DNA of 64,000 nucleotides from a virus (lineage: Duplodnaviria > Caudoviricetes), in the IMG/VR virus record IMGVR_UViG_3300014204_013734, positions 1 through 64,000 of that record; one strand, written 5' to 3'. This document shows, piece after piece, positions 38,438-48,280 of this stretch. The notes under the pieces are model-generated. The model made no database searches and was not told the origin of the DNA. It saw only the letters and a program-made list of their open reading frames with translations. Every line of letters begins with the position of its first letter. The stretch's first letter is position 1. Both the position numbers and the translations under genes were made by a program.

Positions 38438-39283
38438 ATGAAAGTTCATCTGTTTATAGTGGACCCCCAGGAAGACTTTTGCAATCCGAAGGGGGCTCTG
38501 TTCGTCAACGGCGCCGACAAGGACATGCAGCGGCTTGCTGCAATGGTCCGCCGCCTGAAGGGCAAGATTGACGACATCACTGTCACCCTTGACTCCCACC
38601 GCAAGGTGGACGTCAGCCACCCGATCTGGTGGAAGCGGGTCGGAGACGGTGCCTGCCCGAACCCCTTCACCATCCTGGGCCCGTCGGCCGACGGGCAGCG
38701 CATCGTCACCATGAAGTTGGACAACGGGGCTTGGGTTCCGACCAATGAGGAATGGACGACCTACATGCCGTCCTGGTTCAACAGGAGTTTGGACTATCTC
38801 AAGAAGCTTGCCGCTACGGGCCGCTACCCCCACTGCATCTGGCCCGAACACTGCCTCATCGGCACGCCCGGCCACAACGTTCAGGGAGACCTCATGGGGG
38901 CTCTCAGCGAATGGGAAGCCCAGTTCGCCGTGATTAACTACGTCACGAAGGGGTCCAACATCTGGACGGAGCACTTTTCCGCCGTCAAAGCCGAAGTGCC
39001 GGACCCGTCCGATCCGTCCACGCAGGTCAACACGGACCTGATCAAGGTTCTGGAAGAATCCGACCTCGTCGTCACCGGGGGAGAAGCTTTGAGTCATTGC
39101 TTAGCCAATAGTCTTAGGGACGTTGTGGCAGCGTTTTCCGACCCGAAGTACGTCCAAAAGGTAGTGCTGCTCACCGACGCCACCAGCAACGTCACGGGAT
39201 TTGATTTCCTTGGGGACGCTTTCCTCAAGGACATGAAGGCCCTCGGCATGCAGACTTCAACAACCACGGATTTCCTGCGCTAA
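38438..39283 (+). CDS. pncA: Nicotinamidase / isochorismatase-family cysteine hydrolase
   Basis: IVDPQEDFC..GALFV; LDSH; WPEHC; KG; GEALSHC. Confidence 0.85.
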   Translation: MKVHLFIVDPQEDFCNPKGALFVNGADKDMQRLAAMVRRLKGKIDDITVTLDSHRKVDVSHPIWWKRVGDGACPNPFTILGPSADGQRIVTMKLDNGAWVPTNEEWTTYMPSWFNRSLDYLKKLAATGRYPHCIWPEHCLIGTPGHNVQGDLMGALSEWEAQFAVINYVTKGSNIWTEHFSAVKAEVPDPSDPSTQVNTDLIKVLEESDLVVTGGEALSHCLANSLRDVVAAFSDPKYVQKVVLLTDATSNVTGFDFLGDAFLKDMKALGMQTSTTTDFLR

Positions 39284-39314
39284 AGGCACCGGGGAATCAG
39301 AAAGGAAGAAAACC

Positions 39315-40064
39315 ATGAAGTTCACGAACGACAACATGCAGGAACAGAAGATCAGTGGGGGAAACTTCAAGTTCACCCACGTTGACACCAGCACCCTCGG
39401 AGCCCCCGAATACACTCTTGTTGGACTCGTCGTTGACGCGTCCGGGTCCGTGATGCCTTATGCGGTCGCCCTTGAAGCGATGATCAAGGAAATCGTCAAG
39501 GCATGCCGCAGGAGCCCCAGAGCTGACAACCTCCAACTGCGGTTGATTACGTTCAATCGCAGCGTGCAGGAAGTGCATGGGTTTAAGCCCCTGCCGACTT
39601 GCAACGAAAATGACTATGTCGGCGCCTTGAAGCCATACGGAACGACGGCTCTGTTTGACGCCACGTACAGCATGGCTAAGGCCCTGGCCCAGTACGGCGA
39701 AGATCTGCAGAAGCAGGACTTTTCCGTCAATGCCGCCATGTTCGTCCTAACGGACGGACAAGATAACGATTCAACCGTTACAGCGGGCATGGTGAAGCAG
39801 GCACTTGACGAGGCTCGTTCCCAGGAACGGCTTGAGTCCATCATGCCGGTTCTGATCGGGGTCGGTGCCGGTTCTGACGCCGATGCTGGCCTGGACCAAT
39901 ATCTCCAGGCGTTCAAGGACGAAGCCGGGTTCCAGCAGTACGTTGCCCTGGATAAGGCGGATGAAAAGAATCTTGCGAAGCTCGCGCAATTCATCAGCAA
40001 GTCCATTTCGTCCCAGTCCTCTGCGCTTGGTACGGGCGGAGCAAGCCAGAATATGACGTTCTAA
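39315..40064 (+). CDS. vWA domain protein (TerY-like)
   Basis: VVDASGSV MIDAS; GTTALFDA; LTDGQDN. Confidence 0.85.
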   Translation: MKFTNDNMQEQKISGGNFKFTHVDTSTLGAPEYTLVGLVVDASGSVMPYAVALEAMIKEIVKACRRSPRADNLQLRLITFNRSVQEVHGFKPLPTCNENDYVGALKPYGTTALFDATYSMAKALAQYGEDLQKQDFSVNAAMFVLTDGQDNDSTVTAGMVKQALDEARSQERLESIMPVLIGVGAGSDADAGLDQYLQAFKDEAGFQQYVALDKADEKNLAKLAQFISKSISSQSSALGTGGASQNMTF

Positions 40065-40079
40065 CCGTTCGCCTACACG

Positions 40080-40111
40080 TGTCCGCCGGTTCTTTAAGGA
40101 ACCGGCGGACA
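40080..40111 (+). terminator. Strong hairpin (terminator or stabiliser)
   Basis: TGTCCGCCGGTTC-TTTAAG-GAACCGGCGGACA. Confidence 0.65.
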
Positions 40112-40136
40112 TCTTACCTTTGAATTGGAAATAGTG

Positions 40137-41246
40137 ATGCTGCAAGACCTTTCGTTGGAACGCTTCTTGATATATCCCAAAGACGGAAATTGGGATAATT
40201 GGGATTGGTCCGCTATCTGCGGAAACCCCGAAGCCTCGAAGATCATAAAAGAAGCCGAAGGAAGTGGCGGGTGTGGCCTCGGATTCCATCCTGAACTTGG
40301 ATGGATGCTTCTTTGTTCCGGGCAAGGGGCATTCGTGGGTTGGCATCAAAGGGGCGACCTCGCCAAATGGACCGGAGAAAACCCTTCCCCAAGGAAACCC
40401 TGGACTGGAACTATCTACGCTGATGATCATTTTTCCATTGGGTCTGCACACACGGTGTGTCAGGATTACACCCGATCAAGGAATACCACTACCGATGGTT
40501 TCCTTGGTGGAACTTGTGCCATCGTTTCGGACGGTTGTTCCGCTTCTAAGGATTCTGATTTCGGGGCTCGTTTCATGACCCTCTGCGCTTTGAAAGAGGG
40601 TAGCCTGAACGGAATCCTTCCGATGGAAGCTTCCCGCATTGCTTCTGGTGCTGAAACCGCTGGAGGGATTCTGCTGAAAACGTTTCTTGACCGTGAATGC
40701 CTCAACGCTACCTGCCTCTTCGCCGGGGTACGAAAAGACGGACTGGTTCAGGTTCAAGCGTTCGGAGATGGCGTGATTGTCGTCCGGCGACGGGATGGTT
40801 CCATTGAAACGTATGAGGTGGACCACGGAGGGATTCCGGCTTATCCGGCCTATCTTCTGGACCCGGAACTTGCCGAACAATACAAGGCCGAAATGACCGG
40901 CAAGTTGAAAGTCAAGGTGACGGTAGACGGAAAGACCGTTGACGTTTGGGACATTTCGTGCAAGAAATGGCCGGAATTTTCGTTCACAGTTGACCCGGCC
41001 GACACTGACTTGGTTGTCCTGATGACAGACGGAGCACAGTCATTTCAGAATATGACCGGAATGGCCCCGGTTCCTGTGCCGTTGGCAGAAGTCGTTTCCC
41101 ACGTCCTTGACTTCAAGAGCATGACGGGCTCATTCCTGAATCGTCGGCTTCATGCTTTTGAAACGAAGGAATGCCCCAAACTCGGTTGGCGCCACTACGA
41201 TGATTTCGGGGTTGCCGCCCTGTGGATGATGGAAGAAACAAAATGA
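40137..41246 (+). CDS. PP2C-family protein phosphatase with N-terminal extension
   Basis: H..CQD; VSDGCS; GDG; MTDG; DDF. Confidence 0.8.
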   Translation: MLQDLSLERFLIYPKDGNWDNWDWSAICGNPEASKIIKEAEGSGGCGLGFHPELGWMLLCSGQGAFVGWHQRGDLAKWTGENPSPRKPWTGTIYADDHFSIGSAHTVCQDYTRSRNTTTDGFLGGTCAIVSDGCSASKDSDFGARFMTLCALKEGSLNGILPMEASRIASGAETAGGILLKTFLDRECLNATCLFAGVRKDGLVQVQAFGDGVIVVRRRDGSIETYEVDHGGIPAYPAYLLDPELAEQYKAEMTGKLKVKVTVDGKTVDVWDISCKKWPEFSFTVDPADTDLVVLMTDGAQSFQNMTGMAPVPVPLAEVVSHVLDFKSMTGSFLNRRLHAFETKECPKLGWRHYDDFGVAALWMMEETK

Positions 41247-42982
41247 AGGTCTGGATCAAGGGACAGTCCAATCCCATTGAACTGACGCAAAGCAACTACG
41301 TTGCGGGCGGCGGAGAAGGGGATGTCTACGTCAAGGGTAGTGTCGGGTTCAAGATTTACCACGACCCGACCAAGATGATCCCCCTGGGCAAGATCCAGGA
41401 ACTAGCTGTTCTGTCCGATCCCAGAATCAACAAACCGCAAACCCCTCTTGTGGACGCCAAGGGGAAACCCATCGGCTACACGATGCAGTTTTACAAGGAT
41501 TGCTGGGCCTTGTGCCAGCTTTTCCCTCGCGACTTCAGGAACCGGAACGGTATCACCCATGACATGTCCGGCCATCTCGTCATGAAGATGCGGGAAGGGA
41601 TTGATGCCGTTCACAAGACCGGCATCCTGATCGTTGACCTCAACGAACTGAACTTCCTCGTCACGAAACGGTTCGATGATGTCCGATTCATTGACGTTGA
41701 TTCTTGGCAAACCCCCCGCCATCCGGCGACGGCCATCATGTCGTCAATCCGGGATTGGCGCAACCAAGCATCCCCATTCAGCCCGGAATCCGATTGGTGG
41801 TCTTTCGGTATTGTCAGCTTCCAGATGTTTATCGGAATGCACCCGTTCAAGGGACGATACAAAGGCCCGGAAGACAAGTTCAAGACCAAACTGCCGACCG
41901 ATGACCCAGCAGATGATTTTGCCGTAACCCGTCGTCGCATGGAAGCTGGCGTATCCGTTTTCCGTAAAGACGTGGGGGTTCCGGCGGCAGCTTATCCTTT
42001 TGACGTGATTCCCCCGTCATGGAGGGCTTGGTATGAAGCTCTCTTTGAAAAGGGGGTACGTTGCGCCCCGCCTCTTGATTTCGGCGCCCCATTCATCATT
42101 ATCCCGAAGACCGTCACCGTAGCCGGCACGGACAAGCTGGACATTTCCGAAATGTTTGAAATGGACGGAAATATCCTTGGCATGTGGAGCGATGGGACCC
42201 GGTTGGTCATTGCCACTCCGAAAGGAGTGTTCGTAGACAGGCACAGGTTCGCCGACACGCCAAAGACCCCGGTAGTGGCCTTTTCACCCCGTTCGGGGCA
42301 CCCCATCCTGATGGACGGGACAGGTTCCGATTCCGGTTTTCCGACGACCAACCTGGATACCAGCACCGGTTCCCAAATCGGCATGGCTTTTTCCGAAATG
42401 GCCTGTACGGACGGACGGGCATATGTCAGGGCTACTGATCAGGTGCATGAAGTCATCTTGACCGACGCTGGGAACCAAGTCATTCCTTCCACAAAGGAAA
42501 CCGTCAGAATCCTTGAACACGCAACGAAACTGTTCCCCGGCGTCGTTATCCAAAAGATGCTCGGGGCAACTTACGTGTCCCTCCTGGTTGAATCCGGCAA
42601 GGCCATTCAGGTCAGGATGAAGGATCTGGACGGACACAAGATAGTGGACGCAAAACTTGACAAAGGGGTCCTGATGGTGATAGGAGTCAAACGGGGCCAG
42701 TACGACAGGTTCGTGTTCCGGTTCGCCCCAGACGACACCTATGATGTGCGGGTAATCAAGGATGTGGCAACGCACGACTTGAACTTCGTGACTTTGGATT
42801 CAGGGGTTTGCGTCTGCATCAACGAAGAGGAAGACCTGGAAGTATTTTCAGCCAGGAAGGATTCACAAACGATGAAGGTCATCCAGGATCCGATCATTGC
42901 CGGTGACATGAAGTTGGGTAAACATGCCGGGAGCGTGGTTTTCGCCAAGGGGAACAAGGTGTTCAAGATGAGGATGAAATGA
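41243..42982 (+). CDS. Ser/Thr protein kinase-like protein
   Basis: GGGEGDVY; KIY; DLNELNFLV; IDVDS; D.WSFG; HPFKG. Confidence 0.85.
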   Translation: MKVWIKGQSNPIELTQSNYVAGGGEGDVYVKGSVGFKIYHDPTKMIPLGKIQELAVLSDPRINKPQTPLVDAKGKPIGYTMQFYKDCWALCQLFPRDFRNRNGITHDMSGHLVMKMREGIDAVHKTGILIVDLNELNFLVTKRFDDVRFIDVDSWQTPRHPATAIMSSIRDWRNQASPFSPESDWWSFGIVSFQMFIGMHPFKGRYKGPEDKFKTKLPTDDPADDFAVTRRRMEAGVSVFRKDVGVPAAAYPFDVIPPSWRAWYEALFEKGVRCAPPLDFGAPFIIIPKTVTVAGTDKLDISEMFEMDGNILGMWSDGTRLVIATPKGVFVDRHRFADTPKTPVVAFSPRSGHPILMDGTGSDSGFPTTNLDTSTGSQIGMAFSEMACTDGRAYVRATDQVHEVILTDAGNQVIPSTKETVRILEHATKLFPGVVIQKMLGATYVSLLVESGKAIQVRMKDLDGHKIVDAKLDKGVLMVIGVKRGQYDRFVFRFAPDDTYDVRVIKDVATHDLNFVTLDSGVCVCINEEEDLEVFSARKDSQTMKVIQDPIIAGDMKLGKHAGSVVFAKGNKVFKMRMK

Positions 42983-43494
42983 ACATACAAGGCGAAATCT
43001 GCTATATGTTCCTGAACATGAAACGGGATTGGCAACCAGTCATTGAAAAGAAGGCAGGTTCTTTGGCCCGATTCCACAACGGGATGATCCATAAAGCTGG
43101 AATCCGTGCCAAAAAAGTGAAGCTTCCTTGGTTCACGGTGGAATCGGAAACAGTTTGGGGACTTAGGGACAAGGTTGAAACCCTCATCAAAGAATTGATT
43201 GCTGAACCATTCCCCAAAGAATCCTTAGTAGTCCTGGCGTTGAAAAGATCTGTTGAGACGACCTTCAAAATGTCAATGCCGCCTGAAAAGACATTCCGTC
43301 AGGTGTATTCCATTGACATAGCCTTGGGAATGTTTGAAAATGTCCATGAAGAAACAAGCACCAAGGACATCCAGGATATCCTTGAAAGTCTTGAACAAGC
43401 ATATGTAGGAGAAGACATTTGGTGCAACGCACAGTCATCTCTTGATGACAGTTTCAATCCAAACCTAAAATTCGGGAGAAAGAAAAGAACATGA
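42979..43494 (+). CDS. Hypothetical protein
   Basis: 171 aa coupled ORF. Confidence 0.65.
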   Translation: MNIQGEICYMFLNMKRDWQPVIEKKAGSLARFHNGMIHKAGIRAKKVKLPWFTVESETVWGLRDKVETLIKELIAEPFPKESLVVLALKRSVETTFKMSMPPEKTFRQVYSIDIALGMFENVHEETSTKDIQDILESLEQAYVGEDIWCNAQSSLDDSFNPNLKFGRKKRT

Positions 43495-43745
43495 TTTGCC
43501 AATGGTGCAACAAGGAAATGTTGGCGGTAGACACCTGTGAGGGCAACTGCGAAGTGGAATACCCGGACGGGACAAAGTTGCCATCCGTCCCATATCAATC
43601 CCACAATGCCGCTGGCCGATGCCACGACTGCAACATCAAGCATGGGGGATTTCACCATCCGGGATGCGACATGGGAAGGTGTCCCAAGTGCGGCGGGCAG
43701 TTGATTTCCTGCGGGTGTCTCAATGCACCGGAGGAAGAGGAATGA
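43491..43745 (+). CDS. Cys/His-rich Zn-binding phage protein
   Basis: CHDC....GGFHHPGCD..RCPKCGGQLISCGC. Confidence 0.7.
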   Translation: MICQWCNKEMLAVDTCEGNCEVEYPDGTKLPSVPYQSHNAAGRCHDCNIKHGGFHHPGCDMGRCPKCGGQLISCGCLNAPEEEE

Positions 43746-44230
43746 GACCTAGCTGGGACGACTATTTCATGGGGATCGTGGGTCAAGTAGCAAAACGATG
43801 CACCTGCGCCCGCACCCCTAAAGGGGCAGTTCTCGTCAAGGATCATCGCATCATTGCTACTGGATACATCGGGTCAGTTGCCGGACAGCCCCATTGCGAC
43901 GAAGCAGGGCATCAGATGGTTGACAGACATTGTGTCAGAACAATCCATGCGGAAGCCAATGCCATTGCCCAGGCAGCACGGCACGGCATTTCTACAGAAG
44001 GGGCAACCTGCTACACGACCGTCCTTCCCTGTTGGACATGTCTGAAACTGTTGATCAATTCAGGAATCGCCCGTGTCGTTTGGAAGGACCCTTATCTTCC
44101 ACAACCAGGAGATCCAGCGGAAACATCCCACGCTGAAATCGTGAGGCTGGCACTGGAATGCGCCACCGACCTGGAAGCCAAAGGGTTGTTCAAGTTGGAA
44201 AGATGGGAATCTAAACAGGACGTCTCCTGA
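43742..44230 (+). CDS. dCMP deaminase
   Basis: RPSWDDYFM; HAEANA; PCWTC. Confidence 0.9.
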   Translation: MRPSWDDYFMGIVGQVAKRCTCARTPKGAVLVKDHRIIATGYIGSVAGQPHCDEAGHQMVDRHCVRTIHAEANAIAQAARHGISTEGATCYTTVLPCWTCLKLLINSGIARVVWKDPYLPQPGDPAETSHAEIVRLALECATDLEAKGLFKLERWESKQDVS

Positions 44231-44304
44231 AATTGTTCTGTGCCCCCAAGAGTGCTTTTACGGGTATTAGAACAGAAGACACAATCTGAAAAGGAGAAAG
44301 AATT

Positions 44305-44754
44305 ATGCTGGACACTGTGAAGGAATTGAAGATATTTGAAGGTTTCCTCGCACAGGAAGTCACGTCTCGTGAACGGATGCTTGCAGAGACAAAGAAGCGA
44401 TTTGACGCCGTCCGTGAAATTATAAGTCAGCTTGACGAAACCCCGAAGAAACAAAAAGTTTCTTCGGGCCAGGAAGAACCTAAAAAGATTACAGAGAAGA
44501 CCAACAAAAAGATTCAGAAGGACCGGAAGCCGATGCCAAGAACAAAACCATCTTGCAGGGAACGCATTTCCAAAATCATGGCTGAAAACACAACCCAGTT
44601 GACCACAGCGGAATTCTTAGCTAAGATGCCGGATATGCGGGCACAGACGGTCAGGTGGACATTGTGGTACATGATCGGTAAAGGGCTGATTACGTGCGAT
44701 TCCGACGGGAAGTATAGTCCGGCTAAGTCTGATCAGGTTAGGGAAATGCCGTGA
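44305..44754 (+). CDS. Coiled coil plus putative winged helix protein
   Basis: AAGGAG RBS; layout similar to 47367-47705. Confidence 0.65.
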   Translation: MLDTVKELKIFEGFLAQEVTSRERMLAETKKRFDAVREIISQLDETPKKQKVSSGQEEPKKITEKTNKKIQKDRKPMPRTKPSCRERISKIMAENTTQLTTAEFLAKMPDMRAQTVRWTLWYMIGKGLITCDSDGKYSPAKSDQVREMP

Positions 44755-45032
44755 AACGTTCCTATTTCTTGCATGCCATAGCTGAAATTACACGACTTAA
44801 CCAAGAATATCAGGCAGCCGTGGAATTGACGCAAAAAGTTTTGGCACGTGGAACAGAACTTGAAACGGAACTTCAATGGCACTGCGGGTTGTCAAAAGCT
44901 GAAAAATTATTGAAAGACACCAACGAATCCGTGGATGCACACCAAAAAGCCTGGATCGCCAGAGCCCGACTCAACAAAGCCAAAGCGGAACTTGAAGCGG
45001 AGTTGTTAACGGACCCAACGATTCAAGCTTAA
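44751..45032 (+). CDS. Hypothetical protein
   Basis: C-terminus similar to 45043-45312. Confidence 0.6.
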   Translation: MKRSYFLHAIAEITRLNQEYQAAVELTQKVLARGTELETELQWHCGLSKAEKLLKDTNESVDAHQKAWIARARLNKAKAELEAELLTDPTIQA

Positions 45033-45042
45033 GGAGGAAACA

Positions 45043-45312
45043 ATGAAGTATAAAGACTTTTCCGAAAAGGTAGGAAGGGTTGAACATTTGCGAACTGAAC
45101 TTGGCACGGCGTTGGACAAGTTCGTATCGGTTTCCCATTGGCGGGAACAACTTCCGACAACCATGTTTCCAGGCGTTGAAGCTTCAACCCCTGCTGACAA
45201 ACCATTCCTTGATGCCCTCTATTCTATGTGGCGGGCCAGTGCTGAACTCCGAAAGGCAGAACGGGAATTGGATGTCCTTTTGCTGACTAGCCCTCCAACC
45301 TTAGAAGACTGA
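45043..45312 (+). CDS. Hypothetical protein
   Basis: AAGGAGG RBS. Confidence 0.65.
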   Translation: MKYKDFSEKVGRVEHLRTELGTALDKFVSVSHWREQLPTTMFPGVEASTPADKPFLDALYSMWRASAELRKAERELDVLLLTSPPTLED

Positions 45313-45314
45313 AA

Positions 45315-45899
45315 ATGCCGCCGAAAATTGAAATTGTCCAAGGGGACATCACGAAATTGAAAGTTGACGTCATCGTTAACGCAGCCCGACCTTCCCTTCT
45401 TGGAGGCGGGGGTGTTGATGGGGCTATTCACCAAGCTGCAGGCCCGAAACTTCGCACGGCATGTGCATTGTTCCCTGAAAAGGAACCGGGAATCCGGTGC
45501 CGAACAGGGGAAGCACTAACCACCCTTGGATTTTCCCTTCCCGCACAATTCGTCATCCATACGGTTGGGCCCGTTTACGACGAAACCCTCCGAATTCCAG
45601 AACGTGAATATCTTCCACCAGAGACAGACAAGGATGAACTTCTCTTCCGTTGTTACATGGCGAGTTTGTCCGTTGCTAACCGATTGTCCAACAAATTCGG
45701 GTGCAAAACGGTAGCGTTTCCCGCCATTTCCTGTGGTGTATATGGGTGTCCGGTAGAGAAAGGCGTAGAAATCGCCTTACGTGCGTTCCAAGCGAAACCG
45801 TGGAACGTAGACAAGATTTTCTTAGTCCTGTTCACCGACTTGGACTTCCTCATTGCTTTGAACATTGAAGCTTCGATGAAAGGAAACGCCCATGCCTGA
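45315..45899 (+). CDS. Macrodomain ADP-ribose hydrolase (YmdB/MacroD-like)
   Basis: GDIT; VNAA; GGGGVDGAIH; HTVGP; AISCGVYG. Confidence 0.9.
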   Translation: MPPKIEIVQGDITKLKVDVIVNAARPSLLGGGGVDGAIHQAAGPKLRTACALFPEKEPGIRCRTGEALTTLGFSLPAQFVIHTVGPVYDETLRIPEREYLPPETDKDELLFRCYMASLSVANRLSNKFGCKTVAFPAISCGVYGCPVEKGVEIALRAFQAKPWNVDKIFLVLFTDLDFLIALNIEASMKGNAHA

Positions 45900-46278
45900 C
45901 GAACGTCATCTTGCAATCCGTCGTATCCTTCTCCCGAGGGATACGAACCACCGGGGAGAAATTTTCGGTGGGGCTATCTTGGCTGAAATTGACTTGGCCG
46001 GGGCGTTTGAAGCCCGACGGTACACGAAACACGACGTGGCAACCATCGCCATGAAGGAAGTCGTGTTCAAGAAACCTGTCAAGGTCGGCGATGTGGTCAG
46101 TTTTTGGACTTCCGTAGTTGATATCGGAACAACTTCCATTCACGTCCGGGTTGAAATGACAGCCAGCCGGGATGGCCAAAGCGACGAAGAACACGTCACG
46201 GCCGCCGAACTGGTCTACGTTGCTGTCAAAAAGGGTGCTGACGGGGATCTTCACAAGGTTCCGGTACAGGAAGGTTGA
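45892..46278 (+). CDS. Hotdog-fold acyl-CoA thioesterase (YciA-like)
   Basis: PRDTNHRGEIFGG; FKKPVKVGD. Confidence 0.85.
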   Translation: MPDERHLAIRRILLPRDTNHRGEIFGGAILAEIDLAGAFEARRYTKHDVATIAMKEVVFKKPVKVGDVVSFWTSVVDIGTTSIHVRVEMTASRDGQSDEEHVTAAELVYVAVKKGADGDLHKVPVQEG

Positions 46279-46281
46279 ATC

Positions 46282-47130
46282 ATGGGCTACAAAGGGACGT
46301 TGCAACGTACTGATTTTGGGGATCGGATGAAAATGCTTGAATCAGGTACATCCGACCGCCTGATGCCTTTAGTGCCCGTCCTCGCCCGATTGGACGGACG
46401 GTCATTCCATTCCTTCTGTAAAGGGTTGCGCAAACCCTTTGACCCGTTCTTTGGAGTGGCCATGCAGCAAACTGCCGAATGGTTGGTTAGAAAGACGGGA
46501 GCCCTTGCAGGTTACACCCAATCGGACGAAATCACACTAATGTGGTTTTCCGACGATCCTACTAGCCAGAAGGTGTTTTTTGACCGGCGTCTCCTGAAAA
46601 TGGTTTCCGTACTTGCATCTTTAGCTACCGTCCGTTTCAACCAGAAATTCTCCGAAAACTGGCCAGATTTCATTGATCCGGAAAACCCGCCCGTGTTTGA
46701 CTGCCGCGTGTGGGTCGTCCCCAATAAGGACGAAGCAGCAAATTCCTTCTTGTGGAGGATCGAAGATGCCAAAACCAACAGCATCCAAGCGTTGGGGCAG
46801 GCCAACTTTTCCCACAACCGACTCCAGGGAATGAAGAACGGCGAAATCGTCGCCGCCTTGTTGTCGGAAAAGGGGATCAACTGGAATTTCCTGCCACAAC
46901 AATTTCGGTTTGGGACATTCATACAGAGGAAAACAGTCGTCCGCCCCTTCACCCATGAGGAATTGGAGAGGCTTCCCAAAAAGCACGAAGCCATAACCAA
47001 CCCAGGGCTCCTGGTTGAACGGTCGGACGTAACTACCATGCCCATGCCGGACTTCGGAAAAGTACAAAACCGCGTAGGGGTCCTGTTCAACGGGGAAGCC
47101 CCGATCATGCGCACGGAAACGTGCCCCTAA
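46282..47130 (+). CDS. tRNA(His) guanylyltransferase Thg1-like protein
   Basis: RLDGRSFHSF; YTQSDEI; FDCR. Confidence 0.9.
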   Translation: MGYKGTLQRTDFGDRMKMLESGTSDRLMPLVPVLARLDGRSFHSFCKGLRKPFDPFFGVAMQQTAEWLVRKTGALAGYTQSDEITLMWFSDDPTSQKVFFDRRLLKMVSVLASLATVRFNQKFSENWPDFIDPENPPVFDCRVWVVPNKDEAANSFLWRIEDAKTNSIQALGQANFSHNRLQGMKNGEIVAALLSEKGINWNFLPQQFRFGTFIQRKTVVRPFTHEELERLPKKHEAITNPGLLVERSDVTTMPMPDFGKVQNRVGVLFNGEAPIMRTETCP

Positions 47131-47366
47131 CGAAAAAGGAACCCATCATGTTGAGTTCTACAAAGAAAGCATTACAGATTGAACTGGAGGACCTCCAAAG
47201 GCTCAAGAAGGAAATCCTACGGGAAGAACGGCATATCAAGGCACTCCTCGGTATCACCCAGAAACCCAAAAAATACCCAGAAGTACCTGGTGAGGAAGAG
47301 GAAGAAGACCTGTAAAGAGAGACCCCTAGGTATGGAAAAGAACCAAAAGTACAGGAAGGTGAAAAA

Positions 47367-47705
47367 ATGAGGAATCTGCAAACGTTGAAGAGTGAAATAA
47401 AGACCCAACTGACGAGGTTGGAACAGGATGCAAGTCTGTTACGGTTAGCCTTGCGCAGCCTGGAAGGCAGTACCGACCCGACAGTTGGCAGAAATAGCAG
47501 GAATAGCAGGAACCGGAAGACAACCCTTTCGGTGATCATGGACATCATCGCTACGCAACCTGCCAAGGCTACGACCCGCTACCTTCTTCAGAAGGTTTCC
47601 GCCGAAGCCCGCGTCAAGACAGGAACCGTAACCATGGCTTTGTGGCATGCCAAAAAGGATGGGTTGCTGTCCAAGGTCGGAACTACGTGGCGGCGCACAA
47701 AGTGA
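47367..47705 (+). CDS. Hypothetical DNA-binding protein
   Basis: 112 aa, basic. Confidence 0.6.
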   Translation: MRNLQTLKSEIKTQLTRLEQDASLLRLALRSLEGSTDPTVGRNSRNSRNRKTTLSVIMDIIATQPAKATTRYLLQKVSAEARVKTGTVTMALWHAKKDGLLSKVGTTWRRTK

Positions 47706-48268
47706 AGAAGGTATGTGGAATCTATGGCGGGGGTTTCAATCCCCCGCACATAGGTCACGTCATGGCGGTGCAGCACGCATTGCTGTTCGGAAAAATGGAT
47801 TCCGTCCGGGTTTTCCCGTGTTGGAGGCATGCTTTCTCCAAAGATGTCGACCTAGTTCCGTTCAAAGACCGTGTCGAAATGGCCCGGTTGGCGTTTGTCG
47901 GGGATCCCAGGATTGTCGTTGATGATTTGGAAATCCGATTGTGGACATGCCACACAATTGATCTCATTAAAAGTGTAAAGGAAACAGAACCGGAAACGGA
48001 TTTTGTCCTAATCATCGGGTCGGACAACCTTGCCGTTTGGCAGAAATGGCACCGTTGGCAGGACATTGATCGGATGGTTGGAAAATTCATCGTACCGAGA
48101 CAAGGGTCAACGGATTCTCCTTGGGCTATTCCGGATATCAACAGCACGGAAATCCGGAAATGGATTTCTGAAAACGAATGGGAAAAAGTCGAAAAAACGG
48201 TCCCCCCTGAAGTGGTGGCTTTTATCAGAAACAAAGGGTTCTGGCAGGGACAACTACGCAAAGACTGA
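47702..48268 (+). CDS. nadD: Nicotinate-nucleotide adenylyltransferase
   Basis: GGGFNPPHIGH; IIGSDN; WHRWQ; INSTEIR. Confidence 0.9.
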   Translation: MKKVCGIYGGGFNPPHIGHVMAVQHALLFGKMDSVRVFPCWRHAFSKDVDLVPFKDRVEMARLAFVGDPRIVVDDLEIRLWTCHTIDLIKSVKETEPETDFVLIIGSDNLAVWQKWHRWQDIDRMVGKFIVPRQGSTDSPWAIPDINSTEIRKWISENEWEKVEKTVPPEVVAFIRNKGFWQGQLRKD

Positions 48269-48280
48269 AAAGGGATTTCC

